A stretch of 64,000 nucleotides of DNA from Vicugna vicugna (taxonomy: Eukaryota): assembly GCA_013265495.1 (NCBI GenBank), contig MU061538.1, forward strand, positions 186,001 to 250,000. Direction: 5' to 3'. This document shows, one piece after another, positions 36,284 to 48,872 of this stretch. A program made the translations under genes and the position numbers. Each line of letters opens with the position of its first letter. The first letter of the stretch is position 1. The notes beneath the pieces were generated by a model. That model had not been told where the DNA came from and ran no database searches. It worked only from the letters and a program-made list of their open reading frames with translations.

Positions 36284-37166
36284 AGAAAGATCTCAAGACA
36301 CTTTGAATGAAAAAAGTCAAGATGCAGAACAGCTGGGACCCATTTTAGAAAACAATGAAGTTGGACCTAATTTCTTCCGGAAGGATCAACTCCTGTAACT
36401 GAAGTGAAAGCCACAAAGGCGTCTACACGAGCAGACGGAGGGTTTGAAGCAGGATGAAGAGACAGTAGCCACAGAGAAGAAGCCGATGATTTAAACTGCA
36501 TTAACGTCAAGAACACCTGTCAGTACAGCAGCTGACGATAAGTGACAGAGTCTTGGGAGAAGGTGAACCCATGGATTTTTAACAGACTTACTAAATAGCC
36601 ACTTTCCAGGTTAAAGGAGGGTTGAATATTGGTAGTTTTATATGGTCCAGCATCGTAGAGTAAATACAGAGAAAATCACGTCTCTGAAGAACCTCGTAAA
36701 ATTAGTAAAAACCTAAGTTGAGGAGAAAATCAACTTACAGTTTATTTTCATCAGCGAGACTGGGGGCACAGAAGCTGTGGAACCTGGAAGACGGTGTTGA
36801 CGCTTCCGACGTGGAGAGAAGTAGCCGCCAGCCTGGAGGCAGAGGCTGAAGCTGGCGTCCAGATACAAAGGTGGCTTAACGATGTGTCCACACCAGTGAA
36901 ACGTGAGAGGCCCCTCAGGAGATATCTCAGGGAGACGTGAAGGGGTTCTCCTGACGGAGGACGAGAGGGAGCAGAGGTCAGCAGGGGGGATGAGCCGGGG
37001 GCGCGTTCACACAGATGTCGGCCTCTCGGAGGGGGCACCGCCCCGGGACGTGGTGACTGTTACACTGGAGTGACTCAGGGACCACGTTGTAACTTCTAGG
37101 GTGGCCACAAGCAGAAGAGCTAGCAAGCTACCAGGGCTGGAGTTGGGTTCCCAGGGTACAGACCTC

Positions 37167-37192
37167 CGGGGGGGTGTGTGTGTGTGTGTGTG
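37167..37192. repeat. G-run plus (TG)n microsatellite
   Basis: gggggggtgtgtgtgtgtgtgtgtg. Confidence 0.85.
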
Positions 37193-40100
37193 AGGACTGG
37201 CTCGTGCGATTGTGGGCCTGACGAATCTGGACCGTGGGGCAGGCCTGGGACTGCAGGAGTGGAAGGCGTGGCCTTGGCCGAGTGCCTTCTCCTCGGGAAG
37301 CCTCGTCTTTGTCTTCAGCCCTGCAGGCAGGTGGAGGGGGCGGCAGGGCCCTCTGTGTGCAGTCGGCTGACGGCAGGTGGTCATCATACCTACCGGCCCC
37401 GCGGCCGCACAGCTCCACCCGGACCAGTGCTTGCTTGAACAGCGGAGCCACGGCCCAGCCAGGCCAGGGGCGCAGCTGGCACCCAGGCTCTTCCTCCAGG
37501 GGACAGGCACGCTGGGCTGTGGGAGCCTGGCTGGCCCGGGGCCAGGACTGCTGCAAGGACTGCCCTCTGCTAGACGAGGTCTCCTGCGTGGGGACAGTCA
37601 GGACCCGTCTCTGCCGCACAGTGGGCATCGGACGTGCTCGCAAGGCTGGCTGAGCTCGGGCGCACTGTGACCACCAGGGACCGCGCTGGGACTGCCGGAG
37701 CCCGCGTTCCCACCCCGGCCCTGCGTGCCGGGCGGTGGGGCATGGCCTTTCAAGAGGCACCTGCTGCTTTGGGGGGAGTCTTTTATTTGGCTTTCTTTGA
37801 GACATGCAAGAGGACATGTGTGCCCCTGGGGTGAGGACCTGGTGGCGTTCAGAACGTTCTGGCTGCTGGGACCCCACCTGCACGAGTACTGTCTCCCCAG
37901 ACAAGGGGACAAGGATCCGGCCTGGCCCCCCTGCCTCTGCTGCGGGAGGGAGCTGTCCCTGCTGAGGGAGGGAGGAATTGGGACTTGCTGCAGTTTTAAA
38001 TGTCGTGGGGCCTTGTGGCTGCAGCTGGATTTTGATACAGGCCGGCTCTGTCCCGTGTTCATCCCCCAGGAAAGATACAGCAACTGGCAAACTGAGCGAA
38101 TTCCAGAAAAGTTGCATCTTCATGTTCCTGTGGGGATCCCCGGAACGGTGGGTTTCACTGAAGAGTTTCTGTGACGAGCCCGTGTTGCTGGTGTCCGGAC
38201 GTCCTCGGTAGCAGCACTGTGGTCTCCGATCTCAGCCTGTCTGCGGGGGCACAGGGAAGGGGGCCCAGTCTTCAGCTTCAGGACAAGCCCCGCTCACCCC
38301 ACCCGCAGGTCATCGTTCCCCTGCAGCTTGGAGGAGCAGGCGGCTTCAGGGCCGGGTCTCCCCTCCCAGGTGGGAGGTCGGAGTTCCGGCTCCGTCCTGC
38401 GCGTGTCCGGGGGAGCGACCGGCCCCCAAGCAGCCCAGCGTGCGTCGGGGAGAAATCCAGCCTCGCTCCCTCTCTCTCACTTTCACAGGAACCGTTGATT
38501 GTTTCTCGTTTCCAATCAATCGCGTCTTTGAGCAGAGAGCACGTTGCTCAGCTGCCCTAAAGCCACTGCCTACGCTGTTCAGACTTGGCCCGAGCGTCTG
38601 CTCTGCCCCTCACTCCCCACTCATTTCTGAGGCTTCGCAGGGAAGCTGCTCTGACACGGCTCACTTGGAGAAGCGACGAACAGGACAATATGGCAGAGAC
38701 TTTAGGTACTGTTTTGTCAGTGCGTTTTTGCATAAATAATTAGAAGTTTGGTTCCACGCAGGGTTCGAACACTCAGTGCTGTTCCCCCAACTTAGAAGTA
38801 AATAAATTTGAAGACTCCGTGAAACAAAACACATCTTATATTCGCATTCCTTAGTGGGGCGGGTCTCCCTAAAATGCAGCAGGTCAAGTTCTGTGGAAGT
38901 TTCTGTCTGAACGTACTGGCGGTGGTTCGTGTGAAATGCACGTCCTAATGTGTTCCTGGTCGGCTGTGTCACTGGCAACGTGTGTAACTGGTCTGTTTTC
39001 ATTCTGGAGCCCGAAGTAAAGACCTGAGCCACGCAGGCTTCAGGGGGGTGAGCCGCCCCCCCAGAGATGAGCCCGAAAGCTGAGAGCGCTGAGTCTGCCA
39101 AGCACACTTGCGTGCTTTCCAGGGCTTCTGTTTCAATAATGTAACCTGAACAGTTCATTAATAATTCAAAGAACACCCCCCAACCCAGAATAAAAAGGTC
39201 TCTCTGCCAGTCGGGCACAGGACCCACATGGCCCGAGATGCGTGCTTCAGGCCGGACAGGCTCTCCCTCAGGACGCGGAGGCGGAGGTGTGCAGGGCGAG
39301 GGGTCCCGGCACCCAGGGTGCCCACGAGCCTCACTCCACACGGAGGTCGGGACCCTGACGAGGCCTGGCCAGGCCAACACGGGACGTGGTTACTGGTCTT
39401 CAACCACCAGGAAAACCAGAGGTTCTGGGACCTTTGCGTGTCTTGTTAAAAAAATGAAACTCTCTTAATGCTGGTTTTACGTGCATACGTGGAAACAGAA
39501 CCGTGATGCTGATCAAATGCACGTGACTTAGAACGTCAGCAACACGGAGGGTCAACTGGGAGTCTGGTGTCCTGTGTCCTCACAGGCGAGAAAGCGGCAT
39601 CTTTCTGTGATTTGGGGAGTCGTCACCTACTGAGTGAGGGCCATCTCCCAACATTCTGTCCTCCCCACGTTCACCGTGAAATGCCTTTGGGGTTCCTTCC
39701 GAGGTGCGTCTCTGCCGGCGTCACCCCCTTTCCCTCCCAACCACACCCCTGGTTTATGCGGACGTGCTGCCCTCACGCACTCCTGGGGTCCCACGTCAAG
39801 TGTCCCAGACGGTGGCCGCGTCCACGTCCACGTCTGCTCTGCCGCCTGCTGCTGGTCCACTCGGTGGCCTCTCTGGCGCTGTCACTTTTCATCTCTGCTT
39901 CCTTGGCCAGTTTTCTCTGACCACGACTGGCTTCTGTGAAATGTCACGTGGTTTGTTGCCGGGAGCGGAGGAGCCAGTGTGCCCAAGTGCCTCGCCGTCC
40001 GTGTGGGGACAGAGCCGCGGGTGTGCCATGACCTGGTGCCAAGACTGCGCGCTGATTGAGCACGGCCTCAATGCAGGTCCGTCACACACGCAGTGACTTG

Positions 40101-40759
40101 CCAGCTGAGAACCTGGCAGCAAGCTTTGTCCGATAGGCAATTTTGGCAATTGTCACAGTTACCATCCTGGGGGAACTGAAGGGTGAGTGTGTCCTTGGGG
40201 ACGGCCTGTGAAACTGACCTGTCCTCCTGCTGGACGGGCAAGGGGAGGACAGCAGGGCCCCAGGCCTGGCTTGTCCCTGAGTGGACTGAACTGTGGTTCC
40301 CGGGCCCCATGGTGGCCCTGCCCCGTCGTGTGCACGTGTGGAGGCGCTCTCAGGCCTGTGGGACCCTGATAGGTAGGTTCGCTGTCCGCGAGACCACGGC
40401 CCAGCTGCAAGGGAGGGGAATGCCAGGCTCAGTACGCGGCTCTGCTGCTGGAGGGAATCCCAGGAAGGTGGGCGCCAGGCCGTGGCCCAGAGGGCCAGCT
40501 GCGGGGGGACCCCCGCCCTTCAGTTAACACTCTCCCCAGAATGTTCTTACAGAGGCCATTTGAGAACTACCCTGCACTGACTTTCCCGAGGACCCTCCTC
40601 ATGTACCGTGCGGGGGGCGCACGCTGGGCAGGGCCGTGCAGGGGGTCCTTGATGAGGGGTCTCTCGTGTGTGAAGAGTCCCTGCTGTGGTGGGGGTGCAG
40701 CCGTCAGAATAATCGTCAGGCGGGCGCTGTGGCTTCTCACTGTGTCCGCAGACCCTTCC

Positions 40760-40907
40760 TGCTCGGAGAATCTCCTGGGAGCTTTACTGGAGCCAGTGCG
40801 GGGGCCCCCGGGCCTGTCTCATCAGAGCCTCCGGACGCAGGACCCAGGCACCTGTGCCTCAAGGCCCTGGCAGTGCCAGGGTGCTGCCAGGGCCGAGGAG
40901 AGGCTGG
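40760..40907. mobile_element. MER5A-like relic, strongly GC-shifted
   Basis: gaatctcctgggagctttac...ggggccccc...catcagagcctccgg...ggacccaggcacctg follows the MER5A motif order. Confidence 0.45.
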
Positions 40908-43900
40908 GCGCGGGGCCGGGGGACCCCAGGCCCTGGGGTGGTTGGTTGGTGCAGATGCGTGTCTCAGAGGGTGACTGGAGAGGAGAGAGGAATCTGGACG
41001 CTTGGAGCCCGAGGTGCCACCGTCCGGAAGGTAAACTAGCGGGTCCTGTTAGTGGAGCTGTGCCCGGAGTGGCCCCTGGTTTCCCAGCCAGCGGACATCC
41101 CTTCCCTGCCCCCCGAGTGTGGATCACTGGTGACACTTTCCTTCCAATGACCTGGTCCTTCAGTTAGTGATGGATTTGGGGAGGACAGAGGTCCCCTGCC
41201 CCCTGCGTGTTGGGGGGAACCTCAAACCGTTAAGCACGTTTGTGTGGACGCCACAGGGCGCAGGGCAGCCCGGATGGTTACGCTGGACGCGGGGCCTCGG
41301 GGCGAGGCTGTGTGGGTGGGGAAAGGGGGCTGCGTCCAGCGTGTTCACGGCCGGATCCGGCGTTTCTTTCTGAGAACCGCAGTGGGCGGCTCTGACGCGT
41401 TAGTTGCAGCCGGGCCCGAGCCACCTGCTCTCGTCCCTCTTCTCTTCCCACAGGTGCAGTTACTGTAGAGAAGTGTGGCGTCTGTCGTAAGGTCACTGCT
41501 CCCCTCTGGAGGCGAGGCACGACAGCCATGTGAGCGCCCGCTAGCCTCCCAGGCCTGCCGCTTTGGGCTCGGCGCCAGCCCGTTAACTTGCTCTCTCATC
41601 TCCCCCAGGCAGGCTCTCCCAGCCGGCCCCGTTGTCTGAGCCCGGGTGCGGCGCGGCTGCAGGGCCGGGGGGGCGGCCCCTCCGGGAGGTGCTGGGAGGC
41701 CATTGCCCCACGCGGGCTCAGCTCACACGCGACGCCCGTTGTTGGGAGGCTCCGTGTCCCTGTCCGGTCGGACCTGCGGGATGGGGATCAGATGCTAAGT
41801 GAACTGTGGAGGAAATTTAAACATATGCAAGGAAGTGAATTATCGTTTTCCATAACTCCCTGCAGCTCGTTACGAATCAAGTAACAAAGGATTATTTTGA
41901 TTCTGAACTAAACTTTAGTTCAAAGCCTGTCTTTCTTGCTGTAGATTTTGCCATAGGTCTTCAGCCAGCGCACCTCCGTGAGCTGGACTTGCTTGGAGGC
42001 AGAGGGAAGGGGCAGCCGGGAGGGGAGGTGTGTGCGTGTGGCCGGGCCTGCCACCAGGTCTGCGCACCCGTGGTCTCGGGAGGGCACGCGGTCCCCCGGG
42101 TCCTAGATGGAGCCCAAGGAGGCAGGTCTCTGCCCTCCCAGGTTCACCCCAGCCTCCAGGGGGGAGAGGACCTGATGGGGGGGCTGGAGCTCTGGGGAGA
42201 CCGCCCGCCGAGGAGAACCCCCGCCCAGCACGCACAGATGGTCAGCGTGAGCCTGGGTGGTGGTGCTCTGCCCCCTCAGGTCCACCCGTGACCCAGCCCG
42301 AAGCAAAGCGGCTTTATACAGATGAGGACAGGGACTCAGTGTTGACTTTCTCCTCTGACGGCAGCTGTGGTTACCAGGGTGACCACCTCATAAGGCCCAG
42401 AAGGGGCTGACGTGGTGCTTCCTCGGGCACAGTCGGCCCTCCCCCGGGACAGACTGAGGGTGACGGTGCGGGCTGGCTGTGGCCGCAGGGGACGGGCAGC
42501 GCGGGGACCCCTCTGAGCTGCCTCTGCCTGTGACTCTGCGCAGAGGAGGCTGAAAGAGACTCTGTAGTTCTAGTGAGGAGCCGCCACTCTGGATGGGAGC
42601 CTTTACTAACAGGCAGCGCCCTCATGTGTGAGCGGCTCCAGGCCCGAGGATGGCAGCTGGCCTGGGACAGCTTGGGGCGGCGGTCACGGCACAAGCTTCC
42701 TGGCCGTGGCTTGTCCAGGACGGCGTGCCCGGCCCCGAGGGGTGGTTCCGGTTGCAAAGAGCACCGTGGCCGCTGCCTCCCCCGTAGCAAAGAGCCTCAG
42801 AGATGGACGTGTGATCTCCTGGGAGCAGCTCTGGCAGGAGGCGCCCCGGACCCACCCAGCCCGGAGACGGATACTCCCAGGGCCGACTTGGGGCGAGGAC
42901 GCTGGGAAGTGAGCTCCTCTGAGCTTCTGCAGGGCTGCGTCCCAACCTCGGGAGACCAGGTGGTCGTGACCTTCCAACCCAAGCTGTGAGGGGGCGTTGC
43001 AGGAGCCCTCGGCCGGTTTGAGTAGCTCCTTGCAGGTGTCGAGGACTGGGCCTGATGGTGGTGTGAGGTCTGGCCCTGACCCGAGGGCCGGATGAGCTGC
43101 TGGGTGTGGCTTCCTGGGGCCCCACGTGTGAGTGGAGGGAGGGTGACCAGGGGTCTGGAAGGGCCAGGGCCTTGGTGGGATGGGCTCGGGCATTAGAAGG
43201 AGCCAGGAGACCCCCGTCTGAGAGGAGCTCGGTGCCAACCGGTTCGGGGCAGAAGCCCAGGGCTGTGCCCAGCCACGTGGAAACGCTCACGGAGACGCGA
43301 GAAGTAGGGCTTTGATCATGGTGCTGCCGGCCCTGGTTTGCCCAGCTCCGCGACGTCATCCGTGTCTGCCCCGTGAAGGGCTAACTGCATGTGGGGGACA
43401 AGGGTGAAACACGGGGTTCTCGTCTCGGGGGCCAGCGAGGAGGGGGCTTTCCATCCCTCGTGGGGCTCTGGGGACCTGTGGCCTCCTCCCTGTGCTCCGG
43501 GGCGTCTCTTTCTCTGGGAAGAGCTCCAGTCACTGGGTCTGGGTCCACCCAAGTCCAGGATGGCCGCCCCTCCAGATCCTTAGCTAATAACATCCACTGA
43601 GACCCTGTTTCCAAGCGTGGCTGCCATCTGAGTGGACGTGGATTTTGTGGAGACTTCAGCCCACGGCAGGACCTGTCCCCAGGTGGGTGAAGGACACCCT
43701 GCCATCACCTTACGGCCGAGGAAACAATTGCTGGAGGGGTTGATCTTGCTCGATGGCTTCAGCAGACTTGGGACCCCCTGGGGGCTCCTGCCCCTGCCTG
43801 GTGCCCACTTAGCCTCCAAGTCACGGCGCTTTAGCAGGAGGAAACCTGGGGGGGGCGGAGGTCAGCCAAGCCACTGTCCCCTCCCTCGCCTTCCTTCTGA

Positions 43901-46900
43901 GGGAGAGAAGCCATTGGTCTGGAGTTGGTGGGTGACACTGGACCCAGTGGGCTACACAGTCCTGCCCTCTGGTCTGTGTCCTCACCCCACCCCAGTGGGT
44001 GACTCGTGTGTCCTTGCTGCTCTGTTAGGTTGGTGCTTCAGTGATGGGGAAAGAGCTGCAGGGAGAGACCAGGGCTCTCGGTGGGGGGCCGTGGCATGTG
44101 CCTGGGAGTGGAGGAGGGTAGGTGGCCCGGAGGAGGACTGTATTTTTCTTAAACAATGCTGAGGGAAGGTGCACCAAGACCCTGGCAGTCGTCAGTAACT
44201 GCACAGGCAGGTCCAGGCTGCCCTGACCCCCCCGGGGGCACTCCAGCTGCAGATGCCAATGGCTGGGTGGCAGGACCCCCTCCTGAGCACACGAGATGCC
44301 CCGGTGGCAGTCTCTTCCCGGACAGTCACAGCTGTGTTCACGTAAAGCCAGCATTGCCTGTGGGACGGGCTGGCCAGCTCTGTGCCCACTGCCCGAGCCG
44401 GGTTCCCACTGGGGCTCTCTGGGGCTCTCTGGGGCTCTGCTCTCCTCCGGGTCCCCTGCCGTCTTCCTGTCGTGGAAGTTCACAACCGGGAGAGGGGTGG
44501 GTGGGGCCCTTCTGGGTTTAGAGGACGGTAGGCACTTGAATCACTTCAGCCTGAGATGCAGACGATTGGCAGTCACATTAGGGCGTGTCGGTCAGGTGTC
44601 AGGCACCCCCGGCCTCTGGGGTGACCTGGCCGTCGCTGCCCAGAGGAGCTGCTGAGGAACCTGGCAGGACAGTCTGGTGCTGCCGTGGACAGAGGGACTG
44701 GCCCTGGACGGCACAGCGGGCAGTCTGGGGAGCAAGCTCTGTGCGGCCTCACGGAGGAGGCACGCCGGCTCTGGGAGTGGACGTGGGCGTTACCACGGAG
44801 GGTGGGCGCTGCCCTGGATGAGGTGTGGCCGGCGAGGCGGGGGTACTTTCTGAGGAACAGAAACACCTGGGCCGCTCGTCCAGGGACCTGAATGTCCCCA
44901 AGGCCAGGAATGTGAACCTGGGGTGTCGCTCATCCACTCCTTGTGTTGCTGCTGGTTCCTCTGTGCGGCGGGACTGTGGTCAGACTGTCTGACTCCTGGG
45001 GCGCAGTGACAGCGAGGCCCTGCCTGCTGGTGACGGACATCACGTGGTTACCCTTTGGCGCGGGTGTCAAATTCGAGAGAGTAAAGTTATTACTAGAACG
45101 GTGGCGGGTGCCGGGGTTGACTTTGTATCACGTTTGCAGTCACAGTTTCAGACTGGGTTTGGAACGTGCAGGAACAGAAAAGAAACAAACGTGAACATGG
45201 CCGGGCAGGTCCGGGCTTCGCGTCGGCAGGTTTGGCGTGAACGTGTTGACCTCTGGTCAGTTGCCAGTTACCACCACACAGGCTGAGAGCGGTGGGTGCT
45301 CGCATGTTTGAGTGTATTTTCGCAAACTCAGGGGAAACACTTGAAATTACCTTTTGTTATGATTTGGACTATTTGGAAGCCCACTGAATTACCCAGTTTA
45401 CTGGTTTAATTTTGACGTGATGAACACTCACTTACTCCTAACCTCACTGCCGAGGGGCAGCAGCAGTTCTCACGGGAGGGGAGGGGTCCCCTGCTGGATG
45501 CCCCCCGGCATCCGCTCCTCCCTCCCCCTCCCTCTTCTTGCTACGTTCTGCTGGAAAAGTTCCACCGTGCAGGGGGCTACTCTGCTCTGGCTGTCAGGAG
45601 GCTGTGGCCCAGGAGCAGGAAAATCAGGCTGTATTCTTTTGGTTTATTAAAATAGAAGTGCATAAAGACACGTTCTTAATAATTTCATTAATACTTTCTC
45701 CAGCCTCTGGTGATGTTTGCTTTCAGTACCGAAGAGAGGGGGAGGACGCGTCTGGACGGCACGTGTGTTCAGACTGCAGAGGGAGAGGCCACCAGGTGTC
45801 AGTGTAACCTCACGTTGCAGTCTCCTGGTCACGTCAGGGGTCTGCCACAGGGTCTGCTGACCTGAAACCAGGAGGGGCTTGGGGGCCGAGTGTGTGGGCC
45901 CTCGTGGGGCGTGCTTTGCTCCCTGAGGGGCTGCGGGTTCATCTCCTCTGCTCGCAGCAGCGAGGCGGGCCGGGGTCGGGACGGCGGCTCCCCGTCGGGG
46001 CCGGGGCAGCTCTGCCTGGGTCTCGGGGTCCTCGCCTGAACTTTGACCTCCTCGGTTCTCACCCCCGGCCCTTGCTGCCAGCCCGAGGGCGGTCGGGCTG
46101 CTTTTCTGTCCGGGGCTGTGGCCGAGTGTCACCCGGGGCAGCCCCGTGGGGAACCTGCCTGGTCCAGTTCGTGTCTGTAACAGTCTCCCTGCATCCACAG
46201 CCGGGGGAGGTGAGGTCACTTGCCTGCAGTCACTGACCTGTCCAGCTCTGAGCTCGTCACCCGGCTCTGTCTGACGTCAGGAAGGGAAACAAAACTGGCT
46301 GAAACACAAACCTAAAAAATCCATCCCCAAATCAGGAACATTTTTCGGGTGTGGAAGGAATCCACGGGAGCTGAGGTGAGGAAGTAACTTGTTGAGCAGA
46401 CGGTGGGTGAGAAAGTGACCCCTGGAGCATCTGTGGTGGGACAGGCGCTGGGAGGCGTCCAGACTCAGTCACTGTCAGGGTCACGATGGGTTCAGACTGA
46501 GGCAACGTCAGGGGTGTCCCGGGCGGACGGGTGCCACCCCCTCGCTGGGGAAGGGGAGTAACGTCCCCAAGTCTCCAGCCTCCTCCTCAGTGTGGTGGAC
46601 GCCACGGCCCGGGGCCCGCCTTCAGCTGGACACCGTGAGAGTCTTGGCAGTTCCGGCCTCCCCCGGCCTCCCCACTGGGCTGTGGGGGCTTCCAGGTTTC
46701 CTGAGGGGAGCTCCCCAGCTGAGGTTCACTTTCTCAGGCCTAAAAAGAGCCTGGATTTGGTTGAGTTCAGGAAAATAGATTCAGAACTTGTTCAGGAAAA
46801 TACTGGACGCCACACCATGGGATCAGTCCTATTGTGCAGTGGGGACAAGTGTGCAGGTGACACTATTTATTCGGGAACTCTGGACGTTCGTGGTTGTGAC

Positions 46901-48598
46901 CTGCCAGTCTGGAGGGCGGAGGAGACGCCGGAGCGCCCGGTGTGTCCCTGCTCGGTGGCCCCGCGCCAGGCACACTCTCCTTCCTGGCCTGTCCTGGAGA
47001 GCCGGCTTTTCAGAGGGGGTTCCATCCAGGAGACCTCGGTCCTTCGGGACCCAGCTCTGGTCTACAGCCCACATCTCCCCGTCCTCCGGGGGCACGTCCA
47101 GTCTCAGCTCTGGCGTCTGCATCGCCGGGACCCAGGGCCCAGATGACTGGTGCTGAGCCGCTGCCTCCCAAGACTGGCTCTGGAGAAGGGGCCCCTGGGG
47201 TGGCCGCAGCAGAGGCCCCGGTGCGAGGGACGAGGCCAGAGGAGCGCCCTGTCGGGCCCCCCGGGAGCCCCCGCCCTCACGTGGCCCTGCAGACCTTCCT
47301 CGGGGACCTCAGCGCCGCCTGCTGCTGGGAGACCGCGGGGAGGCCCGAGTCCCTGCAGACTCAGGGCGGGGTCCCTCCCCGGCGACGGCACACGTGCGGC
47401 TTTGCTCTCAGGCCTGCAGCTGGTGAGGGGTCCCCTGGCAGTGACTTCTGCCCGCGCCTCTGGGCTCACGGCAGCCGCGTCTCCACTGCTCCTTCGGGGT
47501 TGAGCCGCCCTGTGGGGGCCGGTTTTCGCCTTCATTCCGCTGTTCAGCACCCACAGCTCTCCCTGCCCGGCGGCGGGGCGGCACGATTACAGTCAGTAAA
47601 CTCGATGTTTAAAGTTCCTGGGGGCAGGGCACCCTGATTAGGAGATTTTGACAGCGTTAGTTTTTCTCACTGTCGCAGTGATGGCCTTTGTTATAGAAGA
47701 TTCAGAGGATGTGAGCGACCGCCGAGAAGACGGTCCGAGTCACCCTGGATTCCACTCCTACCTGTGTGAGTCCTGTGGGTGCACGAGCGCTCATCAAAAC
47801 GAAACCAGAGCGTATTCTGTGGCTTTAACCCAAGTCTGAAGTGTCGTTACTTGATGGGCTGAGGTTTACGCTGACCTGAGAGGCAGAGCAAAGCCCCGTT
47901 TGCTCCCCTTCAGCAGTTGCTGATTTTCCCTGAGGATGTCGTCCTGGAGGCAGCTCAGAGCCCCAGGGAAGCCAGGTGAGGGCTCAGCCCCCGCCCTCCG
48001 TCGCCCTCCCCGCAACCGTCCTGTCCCAAACAGGGTCTCTCTCTCAGGAGCGCGGGCCTCACGTGCACCTGCTCTCGGCCCCTGGTTCTGAAGCCTGCTG
48101 CCCGGAAGACCCCCAGAGCCTGGACCCCCGCCCGGCTGGTCTAATGGGCCTGCACGTGGGTTCCACGTCCAGCCAGGGCGGGGAGGATCCAGGTCTTACC
48201 CTGGGATTGTTAAGAAAACTGTGCGCAAAGGGGAAATCCCTGTTTTTGCGTCGCTGGCTTCTTTAGCTTAAGAGGCAGCTTCTTGGCTGGATCTCTGCTC
48301 GTGGAGGCCCGTCAGCCGAGGCCCTGCCCTTCGACCTTTGCTGGGGCAGGTCTGCCCCTGTCACGCGGCCAGATCTGCTCCGCCTCCCAGGTGCACATCG
48401 CGAAAGGCGTCGTGATGCGTTCGTGGGAGAAGTTTTACCAAAATGCCAGGAAGGGGCTGCCTCGGGACTCCCTGGGATGTGGGTCCCATGTGGGACAGAG
48501 TGGGGGACGTCTGGGGGCCCCGCGTGCTCGACAGAGAAGTGGAGGTCAGGAGGCGCTGGAGAGCGAATGCCCACAGAGCCCTGAACGCTGTGTCCGGT

Positions 48599-48872
48599 TG
48601 TGGCTAAACCGTGCGCGGGTTCACGTGTTCAGGTCCACGCCCGGCACCTCAGGATGTGGCGTTGTTGGAAATGGGGCTGATGCAGGTGTAAGAGCTGAGT
48701 CATTAGGGTGGGGTGACCGGTGTCCTCCAGGAGGAGGGGCGGCCAGGTGCGGACACGTGGGAGGGCAGCCGTCCACACCCCAGGGAGAGTGGCCTCAGGA
48801 GAAGCTGGCCTCCGGGCTGAGAAAGTACGTTTCTGTTGTTCTAAGCCACCTGATTCGGGGGAAACTGATGCA
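48599..48872 (+). mobile_element. MLT1 (ERVL-MaLR) solo LTR relic, internally deleted
   Basis: ttcacgtgttcaggtcc..cccggcacctcaggatgtggcgttgttggaaatgggg...tgaccggtgtcct...gagaaagtacgtttctgttgttctaagccacc...ggaaactgatgca parallels the MLT1A/B consensus from start to end. Confidence 0.75.

Larger units (their letters stand above)
32830..37130 (+). mobile_element. Fragmented ancient L1 (L1ME/L1MD-like ORF1, ORF2 and 3' pieces), host of the young L1 insertion
   Basis: The ORF at 33681-34010 contains WNAVFKELKEHYCRPKLLYPGEGPFQGEGE, equivalent to the L1 ORF1 C-terminal WNDIFKVLKEKNCQPRILYPAKLSFKNEGE. 34270-34500 resembles ORF2 (ccaaataaaacccagatg..aaggactt...ccagaagaaaacttgggggag). The 3' UTR motif is continuous across the young insert (ggacctcaaga | cactttgaatgaaaaaagtcaagatgcagaa). 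Boundaries are approximate. Confidence 0.6.
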
